Assembly (NCBI GenBank): GCA_951406725.2
Contig: OX597824.1
Span: 53,568,001-53,632,000, forward strand
Direction of reading: 5' to 3'
DNA length: 64,000 nt
DNA from: Octopus vulgaris
Lineage: Eukaryota
Below the pieces are notes generated by a model. It was given only the letters and a program-made list of their open reading frames with translations, was not told where the DNA came from and did no database searches. Below are positions 47,162 to 60,042 of this stretch, piece after piece; position 1 is the first letter of the stretch; each line of letters opens with the position of its first letter. Position numbers and translations under genes: made by a program.

Positions 47162-47604
47162 GTGTCAAGAATGGAAATGTATCAACTCATATCACTGTTA
47201 ACAGAAGTTTTAAACTTGTGAAAAAAATAATACAGCAATTTTCTCAAAAAGTACAAGATAGCGGCAGTTAAAATATTGAGAATTTAATGAACTAAGATTT
47301 AATAAAAACAGCTCTAACATGGAAGTAACTGTGAAATTCTTTTTAAAGAAAGTTTTACTGCAAAATATTTTGGTGCTTTAAACCTCTACAGACAATGCAG
47401 CACTTCAAAAAAGACATATGATAGTTACAAATCAGTACAGATGTTTATTCTTCCGCTAAATAATGAATGTTGCATGATCTCTGATCTAAAAATATATCTA
47501 TATATTTTGAGAATACATTGAAATATAAACTGTCACATCCATGCTAAACAGCAAGATTTAAAATGATGACTTGCACATTTAGTCTTAATATGTTCTGGCA
47601 GATT

Positions 47605-47980
47605 AAGGTGGCAAACTGACAGAATTGTTAGCATGCCAGGTAAAAACACTTAGTGGCATTTCGTCCATCATTATGTTCTGGGTTCAAATTCGACCAAGGC
47701 CAACTTTGCCATCCATCCTTTCAGGGTCGATAAAATAAGTACCAGTTGAACACTCATGAATTTTAATATTCTTTTCTACTCTAGGCACAAGGCCCGAAAT
47801 TTTGCGGGAGGGGGCCAGTCGATTAGGTCGACTCCAGTATGCAACTAGTACTTAATTTATCAACCCCAAAAGGATGAAAGGCAAAGTTGACCTCAGCAGA
47901 ATTTGAACTAAGAACGTAAAGACAGACAAAATACCGCTAAGCATTTCGCACAGCATGCTAACGTTTCTGCCAACTCACAG
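47605..47980. mobile_element. Two tail-to-tail SINE copies (+ ~47605-47755; - ~47765-47980)
   Basis: GTTCAAATT...CAACTTTGCC.T.CATCCTTT..GGGT.GATAAA..AAGTAC in both orientations. Confidence 0.75.
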
Positions 47981-48072
47981 CCATCATGAGTTTTAACATT
48001 GCCATGATCACGAAGATATCTGATTACATTGTATACATTTTGGATAAAATGTCTTAACTGCCACTTACATAC

Positions 48073-48163
48073 CTTAACTTTCTTCTCTTCTTGAACTTGA
48101 GAAAGAACTTTCATCACATCACTAGAGGCATCAGCATCCAAATGAACTTTATTCACAGTAAGC
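48073..48163 (-). CDS. NEMF: NEMF exon: (K)LTVNKVHLDADASSDVMKVLSQVQEEKKVK
   Basis: Polypyrimidine tract + CAG acceptor, GTATGT donor; phases 2 to 0 fit. Confidence 0.72.
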
Positions 48164-48384
48164 CTGACAAAATAAAATAAAGCTTGAATCAATTAAATCA
48201 ATAATGTGCAAGCATGCATGTGTGTGTGTGTGTGCACGTGCATGCGTGTGTATGTTTATATGTTTCAGCTCGAAGGCCAGTGTAATCACCTTTTCAATGA
48301 CCATTCTTATGCGATTGGCTTTGGTGAAAGAGGGAGTTCAACATTGCTGCCCTCTTTTCAGTTACTTGCCATAGCGCCACCTAG

Positions 48385-48708
48385 ACTGGCTTCCGTGCCG
48401 GTGGCACGTAAAAAGCACCATCCGAACGTGGCCGTTGCCAGCACTGCCTTGACTGGCTTCCGTGCCGGTGGCATGTAGAAAGCACCAATCCGATTGTGGC
48501 TGTTGCCAGCCTCGCCTGGCACCTGTGCCGGTGGCACGTAAAAAGCACCTACTACACTCACGGAGTGGTTGGCGTTAGGAAGGGCATCCAGCTGTAGAAA
48601 CACTGCCAGATCAGACTGGAGCCTGGTGCAGCCTTCTGGCTTCTAAGATCCCCAGTCGAACCGTCCAACCCATGCTAGCATAGAGAACGGACGTTAAACG
48701 ATGATGAT
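48385..48708 (+). mobile_element. SINE 3' part with three internal ~55-bp repeats
   Basis: Same family as 41808-42092. Confidence 0.85.
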
Positions 48709-49649
48709 GTATACAATGGGGCAGTAGAAGGCTCAAGCACACACACACATATACATGTATATGTTCATCATCATCACCATCATTTAATGTCAATTGACTA
48801 AATATGTAACGTAGACTCTTTTTGATGCAAACAGTGATGTGGATGAGACTACTGGTGGGAGGAACTATGACAGCCTACTGGAGAGCCTAGTGGCCAAACT
48901 GGTACTGGTTGTGGTGCAGAGGCAGGGCTGATATAAGGAAAGAGAGGAGACTACCAGGATAGGAGAGGAGACTTCCAATATAAGAGGTTTCCAGTCAAAG
49001 AGAAGAGATTCTCAGTCAGAGAGAAGAGATTTCCAGTATAGGCGATGGGGACAGAATTGCATGGACGCATCACAAATGAGGAAACAGTGAAACTGCTCAG
49101 GAAGCATCAAAATTACAATTATGGGAATTAGCTGAATTAAATTACACAAGTTAGTATTTCATGAGATAGAAGCACAGAATAGATGAATGATGTACGATTA
49201 ACACTGGATAGAAGGGTTCACTTAGCTGGACATGATGATTTATGTGAGAATAATAAGTAATAAGAGATCTAGGCTCTCCACTTGGATTGAAAGGATTTAT
49301 ATAAGCTGCAACCAGAAGGTGGGGAGGGAAAATGGCTTGACTAGCTGCAGAAATAGCAGCCAATTCAAGGGTAGCTATGCTAAAGGCAGTAGAAAACATC
49401 ATAGAATAAAGAGAGACAGACAGTGAAAACTGAAGCTAAAAAAGATCATAGAATGAAAGTGACATCAAGAAAAAAAAATTTATGATTATGTGAATTAGCC
49501 AGATTAAATTATAGGCAACAGTGAAACTGCTCAGGGACATCAAAATTATAATTATGGGAGTTAGCTGAATTAAATTACAGACAGGTTAGTATTTCATGAG
49601 ATAGAAGCACAGAATAGATGAATGATGTATGATTAACACTGGAAGAGAA

Positions 49650-51078
49650 TGTTGACTTAGCTGGACATGATGACTTTTGTGTGAATAATAACAAGTAGTG
49701 AGCGGACTAAGCTCTCCACATATATATCATCATCATCATCATCATCGTTTAACGTCCGTTTTCCGCACTAGCACGGGTTGGACGGTTTCGACCGGGGTCT
49801 GGGGAGCCAGGGGCTGCCCCAGGCTCCAGTCTGGTCTGGCAGTGTTTCTACAGCTGGATGCCCTTCCTAACGCCAACCACTCCGGGAGTGTAGTGGGTGC
49901 TTTTTACGTGCCACCTGCACAGGTGCCAGAGGGGTCTGGCATCGGCCACGGTCAGTTGGTGCTTTTTATGTGCCACCTGCACAGAAGCCAGTCGGGGCGG
50001 TGCTGGCATCGGCCACGTTCGGATGGTGCTTTTTATGTGTGGGGGGAGGGTGCAGAAATATAGGGGAGCACCAGTGGTGAGGGGTGTTCGGAGAAACGAT
50101 GACAGGTTCTAGACAAGTAGAACGTAGGATATCACGAGAGGGGTAATGCATGGTGAAATAGCGTATTGAAGAGGGGGGTTCGAAGAGTAGACACCTATAA
50201 TGGTGGTGGGAGAAGCGACATCCGGTATAGATGGAGCAAAAATATAGAGATATCCGGTATTGGTGGTGGGGGTGGGCAAGGGCGGGTGCACCAGGAATAT
50301 GCGAAGGTTGAACTTGACGGGCTAGCTTAAAAATGCTCTTAGCAATGGAAGGGGGAAAAGGAAGAGGGGGGGAGGGCAGACAACGTAAAAGAGGGAAAGA
50401 GAGAGAGAAGGGAATAGTGGAACCCCGCGAAAATCGGCCGCCATTGAAAAAACCCCTGTATGGAGAAACTTAAATATAAATATCTATTCTGTATTTAGCG
50501 AGACACGAAGCCGGAAACCGATGGTCAACAATAACTAATAAATTATACAGAATATGCAATACGAGGCGAAACTGAAAATAATAATAATAATAATACTAAT
50601 AAACAAATTGTCGACTGGGGGTCAAAGGGATAATACTAATACTAATAATAATAATAATAAACAGCTTAACCACTAGAGATCAGACAAATTTGCATGAGAA
50701 TATTACTGGTACAGATTACGGGATGAATTAGATTAGAAAGATTTTCTTATCTTGGGAACATTTCGTTTTTCGGCCTGACACGGCGAATATGCGAAGGTTG
50801 AACTTGACGGGCTGGCTTAAAAATGCTCTTAGCAATGGAAGGGGGGAAAGGAAGAGGGGGGGGCAGACAACGTAAAAGAGGGAGAGAGAGAGAGAAGGGA
50901 ATAGTGGAACCCCGCGAAAATCGGCCGCCATTGAAAAAACCCCTGTATGGAGAAACTTAAATATAAATATCTATTCTGTATTTAGCGAGACACGAAGCCG
51001 GAAACCGATGGTCAACAATAACTAATAAATTATACAGAATATGCAATACGAGGCGAAACTGAAAATAATAATAATAAT

Positions 51079-51116
<38 letters not shown>

Positions 51117-51198
51117 GTATATATGTATGTGGAGAGCTTAGTCCGCTCACTACTTGTTATTATTCACACAAAAGTCATCATGTCCAGCTAAGTCAACA
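49650..51198. repeat. Composite bounded by a perfect 73-bp inverted repeat (49650-49722 and 51126-51198), enclosing a SINE (-, ~49727-50040) and a ~490-bp-period duplication (~50295-50593 and ~50785-51083)
   Basis: GTTGACTTAGCTGGACATGATGAC...GCTCTCCACATA and its exact reverse complement; GAATATGCGAAGGTTGAACTTGACGGGCT twice. Confidence 0.88.
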
Positions 51199-51531
51199 CA
51201 TGGCCAGGTCTGGGAATCAAATTCACTACCTCATAATTGTGAGCCCAACACTCTAATCATTGAGTGTGTTGTGTTCTTGAGCAAGACACTTTATTTCACA
51301 TTGCTCCAGTTCACCCAGCTGTAGAAATGAGTTGTGATGTCACTGGTTCCAAGCTGGATCAGCCTTTGCCTTTCCCTTGGATAACTGCAGAGGCATGGAG
51401 AGGGGAGACTGGTATGCATGGACAACTGCTGGTCTTCCATAGACAACTTTGCCTGGACTTGTGCCTCAGAAGGGTAACTTTCAAGGTACAATCCCATGGT
51501 CATTCCCTTTATATATACACACACACATACC

Positions 51532-51563
<32 letters not shown>

Positions 51564-52080
51564 TACATACCTGTATATATAAAATACATGAGAGAAGGAA
51601 AATGGAATTCATCAGATTCTTTACTATTTATAGGATGAAGCAATGAAGATGAACCTCAAAATGTTGAATCTCATGGAGGACATGACAAAAGACTAAGATG
51701 AATGGTGATATGCTGCACTTGAGAAGATGTGATCTTCTCAGTAAAAATGAGGTCCTGTCAAGCCTTCCCCAACAACTCATCTTCTAACATCCATCCCTCC
51801 ATCAGTCTTCTAAAGGCACTACTCACTAAGATGCTACAAATGATACCATTCATTCCCCAACACTTCACTTTGTATCCCTTTTTCCATCCCTTATCACCTC
51901 TACCTTGACCCACTCCTAATTCCTACTGCCCTTCTACAAACTGATATTCACTGTCCAACTCAATCTCCATCTCTAATCATCTGTCACACTCTTTTCACAC
52001 TCCAGCACACTTACCAACCTGCCCAACTTTTCTGTTTCTCTATCCCTGTTCTCTTTTTCATATTCAACTTGTACCTTGAG

Positions 52081-52128
<48 letters not shown>

Positions 52129-52847
52129 GATGAAGAAACTGTATATTCACCTCTTCAGCAAGAGGTTCCTGTCCTCTCTATCATACTTTTCCATCCTTCA
52201 ATATTATACCCCACCCAGTTGAAGGAGTTTTGTCTGGCAAGTGCTTGGTAACCTCACTAGTGCTGGTGCCATGAAAAAAAACACCCATGTCCTCCATGAG
52301 GCTCAAAATTTTGAGGTTCATCTTCATTGCTTCAACTTGTGGAGTAGTTAGCATTTGGAATAGCATCCAGTCATACAAACCATTCCAAAGTGTTGGAGTT
52401 CAATGTAGCCCTATGAGATGGTAGTGTGAATCGATAGGATTTTAAATGAAAGTGAATAGTTGGTTGTTGTTGTTGTTGACAGTAACAGACATGTCTAGAA
52501 AGCTAACAGAAGAAATAGTATTGGACATAGTATTGGATATAATGCCAGTGAGGAAGTGTTGGTTTATGAAAGGAAGAAGTTTAGTTAGTGAAGTGGCACA
52601 AATGCAGTCATCAATATAGTGAACTTGGCAAAATTCTAAGAAAATGAAAATACTAGCTAAGCATTTGAACTTAAAATGATCTGATCAATAGGCCAACCAT
52701 CTAAACTACTTATTTGTTGTGCTTCTTTCAAACTGCTTATAGCAATTGTATTACCAAGACAGTTATTTAAGAACTAACAACAACTAATGTAGATTAACTA
52801 CAGTGATTATATGGACGGCTGATGCTTCAACAACTGGATTTACTTAC

Positions 52848-53176
52848 TTTTCTCCACTGTACTTCAAACTAATGGTTGTATCTGGAAAGAATGCTTCTTC
52901 AGTCTCTTTACTCCAATGAACAGATTTGCTTTCATTGTCCTTATTAATTTTAGACATTGAAATAGATTCTGCATCAACATCATCACTACTTTTCTTCTGA
53001 ACTTTGACTTGCTCTTGATCAGCATTAGTTTCATCTTCACTGCCTTCACTCTGTGAAGAGTCATCCATTGAAGCTATTTTGTCAGCATCTAATTCAGTCA
53101 TTTCAATCACATCCTCCTCTTCAACTTCTCGCACCTTTCGTTCTCCTGCATGACGAAACACACTACCTTCCTCTAG
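52848..53176 (-). CDS. NEMF: NEMF exon: LEEGSVFRHAGERKVR...acidic region...FPDTTISLKYSGE(K)
   Basis: RHxGERKVR and PDTTI motifs; CAG acceptor, GTAAGT donor. Confidence 0.93.
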
Positions 53177-53544
53177 CTGAAGAAAGAAGTAAATTAGATT
53201 TAAATAGAAAAAGACATAATGGGAAATAGAATAAGAATAGCATGATTAGGAAGAAAAACTAAGAAGGAAAGATTTAAGAGAAACAATAGAAATAGAAATT
53301 GTGAAATGGTAAATGGTAAATGGAAAAAAAAAACAATGGAAAGAAAATGGGCAAAAAAGGAGGAGATAAAGAAAAATTGAAGTTTTCCTCCTCTAACAAT
53401 CAGATATACAAACCTAAGCAAATATAAATACACATGTACAAATCATACAGGTCCAGCAAATGTACAAAGATAACTAACGTAGCTCATGTGTTGAAATAAT
53501 TTGCAAAGAAAGAAAAAGGAAAAGAACTACACTGAATTACTCAC

Positions 53545-53603
53545 TTTGAAGAGCAAACCAAACCCATAGACAAGATATGATGGTGGGAGATAGTTCTTTT
53601 TTC
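53545..53603 (-). CDS. NEMF: NEMF exon: GKKNYLPPSYLVYGFGLLFK
   Basis: Conserved end of NFACT-R; CAG / GTGAGT splice sites. Confidence 0.95.
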
Positions 53604-54597
53604 CTGAATGAAACAAAAAGCAAAAGAAAAAAATAGAAATTAATGATTTCTGAATAATAAGAACTAACACCATTTTATTTTCTACCACTAGCAAGAGGTC
53701 TGCAGTTTACTGGAGCTTATCACAACTGTTAAGCATCTGAGAGAAAAGAACAGTTTCTGTCACAGCTTTTATGTATAGCATTGCTAGTTAACAAACCACC
53801 TCTGCATGAACATTCAATATGTCAATTTTTTCTAAAATAGTCTTAAAAATAAAGGACACCTTTCTTTTCCCTGGGCATGAGGCTAATACTGTATAGGAAA
53901 TGATGTTATTGGTAGAATCAACCTTTGTACTACCTTATGATCCCTTGAAGATGAAAAGCAATATTGGTTTGGCTGAGGAAAAATTCTATTGTAAAAGTGA
54001 TAAAGTCAGTGTTAAAACAATATGACTAAGGGGTAAAAAATACCTGAAGCAGTATTCTGTATTCTAACACTAATGTGGGAGATAATATAATGAATTGACA
54101 TACTTTAATCAATCAAGATTACCAAGCAGTTAGTAAATAAAAACTCCTAAGGTTTTTCAAATCTTTTTTTTTTAATATAAACAAGGGAGATAATTTCAAA
54201 ATAAGATTTGATGGAAATTAGAGAACCAACACAGACTTTGCAGATTGAAGTAATCTTGTTTAATTTCAGCAATTAAACCACCTCCATCCCCAGAGAGATT
54301 TTTTCTCTACTAATTACTTGGATAATCTCAGTTGATCAAGATTTTCCAACAGACAACCTGCAAATAAAACTGAAGCAATATGGGCAATGGTGCCTTGCCG
54401 TAGAAATGTTTTGGTTTATTTATTTTCAAAGTGTTCAAACTTGATAAATTAAGGGATCAAATCAATCAATTTTATCACCATCTCAGAGAATTGCAATGTG
54501 ATAAAGAAAAATTTGTATCCACTAACCTTTAATCATTGACTCTCATGTACTTTAACAAGTAAAAACAAGAAAAATTCATTTGTAAATATTTACTCAC

Positions 54598-54768
54598 CTC
54601 TGATCATAAAACTACCCGTTGTAAGGTATTCTCCAGTAGGTGCAGTCTTTGAAACTTGGTCATGGTACACCCACCAAGCACTTGTGATAACTTTGGCATC
54701 CCAAGCAGCACTATTACAGATAGCCATGCTTCCAGCTTCATTTAGTGTTTTCGGGGGAACAGGTTTCA
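54598..54768 (-). CDS. NEMF: NEMF exon: (V)[56 protein letters not shown]
   Basis: Diagnostic [21 protein letters not shown] motif; TAG / GTGAGT splice sites. Confidence 0.97.
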
Positions 54769-54825
54769 CTAGGTGAACAAAGAAATTCAAAGCATATACA
54801 TAACTCATTTTATGATTCAAGGAAA

Positions 54826-55405
54826 TATTGGGTTGGCAACTAAGTTCCTGCCATTTTTTTTTTTATTTTTTAATCTATTTTTTTCGAGAATTCTATTTTG
54901 AATCATTTTGGAATCTATTTTGTTTTTTTTTTCCTAGTTAATTTTAGTTAATTTTTGTTTTTCAGATCATTAAAATGGAATGTCAAGTTAAGAAAAATGG
55001 GCATTTTCGACACATCCTTTTTGCTTTTAATCAAGGTTCTAAGGCCACAAAAGCTGCTCACCACATTTGTGCTGTGTATAGAGAGAGTGCCAAAGCTGAA
55101 AGAACCACTCATGATTGGTATGCAAAGTTCAAAAATGGAAATTTTGACCTCAAAGACGCACCTCGTTCTGGCCGTCCAGTTGAGTTTGATGAAGAGCGAT
55201 TAAACCAAGTTTTGCACGAAAATTCTCGTCAAACGACAAGGGAACTGGCAGAGAAAATGGAAAGCTCCCACACTGCTATAGAGAAGCATCTTCACTCGAT
55301 GGGAAAGGTTCAGAAGTATGGAGCATGGGTTCTACATGCTTTAAGTGACAACAACAAAAATCAATGAGCCACAATCTCCGCTGGTTTGCTTGCTTGTCAC
55401 CGCTC
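54826..55405 (+). mobile_element. Mariner 5' half (TIR, HTH domain, WVPHEL-like linker), truncated
   Basis: TATTGGGTTGGCAACTAAGT terminus; ORF 54975-55367 with WYAKFKNGNFDLKDAPRSGRP, TTRELA, GAWVLHAL. Confidence 0.9.
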
Positions 55406-55467
55406 AGGGATGTAAACACACTAACAACAGTTGTCAAGCAGTAATGGGGGACAAACACAAACACACA

Positions 55468-55745
55468 CATCATCATCATCATCGTTTAGCGTCCGTCTTC
55501 CATGCTAGCATGGGTTGGACGGTTCAACTGGGGTCTGTGAAGCCAGAAGGCTTCATCAGGCCCAGTCAGATCTGGCAGTGTTTCTACGGCTGGATGCCCT
55601 TCCTAACGCCAACCACTCCGTGAATGTAGTGGGTGCTTTTTACGTGCCACCTGCACAGGTGCCAGACAGAGCTGGCAAACGGCCACGAACGGATGGTGCT
55701 TTTTATGTGCCACCGGCACGGGGTCCAGGCGAGGCTGGCAACGGA
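55468..55745 (-). mobile_element. SINE 3' part
   Basis: Reverse complement of the 41808-42092 family. Confidence 0.85.
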
Positions 55746-55749
55746 CACA

Positions 55750-56605
55750 TATATATATATAAAATACAAGAATGGGACAAGAACACAAAACATCCAGACA
55801 GTTAGGTGATACAAAAAAGGGACAACAAAACATCCAAACAGACAATACAAAGAAAACAAGGGTGGGTCATTCGAAGCTTTCTTTCCTCAGTCGAGTTCCA
55901 GATTATCTTTGCAATTTCGGCTGGTTATGCACGAGATAGCTCCAATCTGGCCAGCCACAAGGAAAAACTAGACTAAGAGCACTAGATTCCTTGGAAGAAA
56001 GCAGCAAATGTATACGAAAACAAAGATGGAAAAAAAACGGAGAAATGGTACAAAAATACAAATAATAGGACATAACAATGAGTGTCTTTCGACTAAAGAT
56101 GAATTAAATTAAGCTGGCGTGTGTGGAAGTAAAGCCTTATGGTAGGGACATAAGATTTGACAGGCACAGTGAGGAATATAGATGTTGCACAGATGGTAGT
56201 TGAACCAAGAAAGAAAGGTAAGGCTTGGCCGAACACTGGTCGCATGGGGAGAGAAGAAAGAGAGGTAGAGGCAGAAGGATAGAAGAATTAAGAAGGGATG
56301 AGAAAAAATGAAAGGGACAGAGTGAAGTGAAAGAGGGAAGGTGAGCATGAAGAGAAGGCCAGGAAATGAGAGAGAGGGAGAATGAAAGAATGAAGAGGGG
56401 AATGAACAAAGTGTGAAGGGGCTGATAGAAAGAAGGAAAGAATAGAATGAATAATAGAGCCCTACAAAATTTAGATATAAAACTCCGAATGACCCATCCT
56501 TGTTTTCGTTGTATCATCTGTCTGGATGCTTTGTAGTCCCTTTTTTTATATTACCTGTCTGGATGTTTTGCATTCTTATCCCATTTTGGTATTTTTTATA
56601 TATAA
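55750..56605. mobile_element. Non-coding element with ~120-bp imperfect terminal inverted repeats, in TA context
   Basis: 55761-55878 aligns with the reverse complement of ~56481-56600 (AAAACATCCAGACAG...GAAAACAAGG.TGGGTCATTCG). Confidence 0.75.
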
Positions 56606-56677
56606 AAATATAGTGGCGTACATACACTTTGGTCACATACATGCATACATACACACACACACACACACATATACAAT

Positions 56678-57715
56678 AGGTTTCTTTCAGTGTCTGTCTA
56701 CCAAATTCATTCACAAGGCTTTGGTTGGCCCAAGGCTAGGGAAGAAGTCACTTGCCCAAAGGTGTCAAACAGTGGGACTGAACTTGGGATCATGTGGTTG
56801 GGAAGCAAGCTTCTTACCGCTCAACCATGCCTGCATCAATGTATCTATCTATCTATATATATATATCATCTTCATCGTTTAACGTCCGCTTTCCATGGGT
56901 TGGACGATTTGACTGAAGACTGGCGAACCAGATGGCTGCACCAGGTGACAATGGACATACAATAAAATAAGAACAATAATAAACGAGTTAAGAACAACTA
57001 TATAGTGTGTGTGATTATTTGGCAGGGAAAAAAAAATTACCATCCTGAAATATAACAATATCTGTTTCAACACACAATTTCACATCAGGAATCTTGCAAG
57101 ACAAATTCATAAACATACACTGGGCTTCTTTTAGTTTCCGTCTACAAAATCCACTCACAAGGTTTTGGTTGGCCCAAGGCTACAGTAGAAGACACTTGCC
57201 CAAGGTGCCACACAGTGGGACTGAACCCAGAACCATGTGGTTGGGAAGCAAGTTTCTTATTTCTTTATTGCCCACAATGGGCTAAACATAGAGGGGACAA
57301 ACAAGGACAGACAAAGGGATTAAGTCAATTACATCAACCCCAATGCGTAACTGGTACTTAATTTTTCAACCCTGAAAGGATGAAGGGCAAAGTCAACCTT
57401 GGCAGAATTTGAACTCAGAACGTAACAGCAGACGAAATACTGCTAAGCATTTCATTCAGCGTGCTAATGTTTCTGCCAGCTTGCCGCTTTACCACACAGC
57501 CACTCCTGTGCCTATATATACACATACACACACACACACACATGCGCATGCATGCAATGGCTTTCTTTCAGTTTCAGTCATCCAAATTCATCCACAAGAC
57601 TTTGGTCACCTTACATGGCTTGGGGCTACTGTAGAAGACACTTGCCCAAAGCACTGCACACTGGGACAGAACCCAAAACTACATGATGGGGAAATGAACT
57701 TCTTCACCACACCCC
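56678..57715 (-). mobile_element. Cluster of tRNA-SINE copies (~56678-56835, 57120-57255, 57256-57490 nested, 57555-57715)
   Basis: Repeated GACACTTGCCCAAGGTGCCAC.CAGTGGGACTGAACCC-like head. Confidence 0.75.
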
Positions 57716-57994
57716 CACACGTGTGCCTATGTTCCATGTTACTTTTATGAATAGAACTTATGGCTAGCTACTAAGCACGGAACACTGCTTATATGAAACC
57801 AGGCAAGGATGTAATTCGATGAATTTTCAACCCATGACTATTGTCTAAGCATTGGTACTAAAGTCTAGGTTCAAAAACTCCACCTAATAAACTTCCACTT
57901 CTGGACAGTGATTCTAATCCCACCATTTTTAAGACAAAGAAATCATCAATTCAGAAAACAAAGGAAAAATGCTGTTTTAGTTAAGATTTTATAC

Positions 57995-58057
57995 CTGTGT
58001 GATTCTTGATAACAACACTGCTAGCACCATGAAGGTCTGCATGGACATAGAGATCTC
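57995..58057 (-). CDS. NEMF: NEMF exon: GDLYVHADLHGASSVVIKNHT
   Basis: YVHADLHGA NFACT-R motif; TAG / GTATAA splice sites. Confidence 0.97.
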
Positions 58058-58508
58058 CTAAACAAGAAAAAAAGAAAAGAAAAGAAAAAATAAATAAAAG
58101 AAAACAGTAAAACCATATTTCAGAAAATAAGAAGTAAAATATACATTCTATAATTTTCTTGGATTATGGATACACAAAACTAAACATGGTCTACCAAGAC
58201 ATATATTATCTTTTTATTTTAGCTGTTTTGCTATTTATATTTATTTCACCATGTTTAAACAGTGTTCTTACTTCTCAATGATCTTCAAGAATGGAATGTA
58301 TTAACAGTGACACTGACACTAGCAGAAATATATGCTGTAACCTGTAATCCTACACAACTGCTCCAGAAATGAATAAATTCATATAGTCAATATTCCAAAT
58401 CTTAACCTCATTGTTATTAAGGCTAATGGTAAAATTTTTGATGTCTTCAACTATATATATAATTATGAAAATTGGCAAACAGTAACAGAACATAAAAAGA
58501 GAACAAAC

Positions 58509-58612
58509 CTGGCCTTAAATATTTCTTCACTAAAATCTCATTCTGTTGCTGATCTCTACCTCCAACAACAACATAATTCTCAGAACTGATAAACCAAAGG
58601 AACTTTTCAAAC
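58509..58612 (-). CDS. NEMF: NEMF exon: (W)[34 protein letters not shown]
   Basis: [14 protein letters not shown]..GGRDQQQNE motif; AAG / GTTTGT splice sites. Confidence 0.97.
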
Positions 58613-59741
58613 CTTTAAGATAAATGCATTACGTATGCTTTCACAATGAAAAAGAAAAATGCAAACTTTAAACAACAGAGATAAAATGACAGAAATAGTT
58701 TAATTGAAATGCAGACACTGATGAGCCTTGGATATCATTATATCAATATGGCACCAATGGAGAGTTCATCTACTTGTGGTGTATCCAAGGTAAGTTAATC
58801 TAGCAAAGAATATCTCATTCCAAATTATGGGAATATTCAAACTAAGAATATCAAAACTGGATAATAAACTTGGTTGAATGGAAGGTAACCTTTCTCTTTC
58901 TCTCTGCAGCACTCAACATTGTAAATGAAGGATTTTGCATGAATACAAAAAAATTCATGGCAAAGGATAATGGAACTAGTAAATTCTATTATCTTTTGCT
59001 AGGAATTCTCCTTGAAGCTTCACCTATGGAACTTCTGACATTATCTTTTGCCTAGGATTTTATTAACTCTTAGAACATGAAAATACCAAACACATCTATC
59101 TTTCACCCTGGATATTCCTTGGTTTCTTGAAGAACTGGTAGCTATTAATATCTTCAATTAAGGATATTCTTTATTTCTATATTTTCCTACATCTCTTTCC
59201 CTCTCTCTGATGACAGAATACTTTGCTTTCTTTACTTAATAACATACAATCCAAATGCTTAGCTATTCTTGAAACAGCTGTAAGAGATTAAACATATTTT
59301 TTATATCTACTTTGCATTATGTTTATATTATAAATCAAACATTCTAGAATATTGCCAAATGTTTTCCTTATTCATTATCTGTTTAAATATAAATTTGTTT
59401 TAATAAATTATTTGTATGATTACATGTATGATATTTTTGACAATTTTTTTTATCAATCGATTCAGAAGATGAAAGTTCTAATTATTCCTGAGGCTTTTTT
59501 GTTTGTTTTTTTTTATGTATAATTCTTCATGACCTTCTCAAAGACATCGTATGTATATGAAATGAAGTGAATTCTCTGTTAACTGAATACTCAAGCCCCA
59601 TTAAAGGGTTCAAATAGTAAACATCATAAAGAATAAATAATGGAAAAGGAAACTTCAACAATCAAGCCAAAAGCAGTATTCTGAATTACATTCTGTACAT
59701 AAATGTAATAATACTAAAATAGTTTTCATCTATCCACTTAC

Positions 59742-59830
59742 CAATGTGTTTTACGTGCTTTGTTAATTGTAGCTGCTGTAGCAACATCTTTTAATGTTTC
59801 CTTTGTCTTCCTCTCAGCAGATTTCAAAGC
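59742..59830 (-). CDS. NEMF: NEMF exon: ALKSAERKTKETLKDVATAATINKARKTH(W)
   Basis: Coiled-coil AxKSAExKTK..KARK motif; TAG / GTAAGT splice sites. Confidence 0.95.
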
Positions 59831-59979
59831 CTAAATCAACCAAATAAACACTATCAGTTATCTGCTTCAATATCTAATGCTCCAAAAAAAGAATACACAC
59901 TCTCTAAAGACTAAATAATTTACTAAATTACATCTGCTAGACATTAACAAAATCAAAAAGTATTAAAAATGTTAAAATA

Positions 59980-60042
<63 letters not shown>

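Noticed and set aside
48385-48560. Regularly spaced GTGCCGGTGGCACGTAAAAAGCACC repeats resembling a CRISPR array
   Set aside because: Internal repeats of a SINE present several times in the window; the spacers are similar to each other; eukaryotic context, no cas genes.
50438-50475. TTGAAAA...GAAAC in the 490-bp duplication as a U3-A8 hammerhead
   Set aside because: Stem II is weak and there is no stem I partner or cleavage triplet.
52121-52170. CCAGATGAAG after a (CT)n tract as a pLTR hammerhead remnant
   Set aside because: Core is incomplete and no GAAA follows a closed stem II.
54975-55367. SETMAR-like host gene
   Set aside because: Truncated mariner with its TIR; no SET domain.
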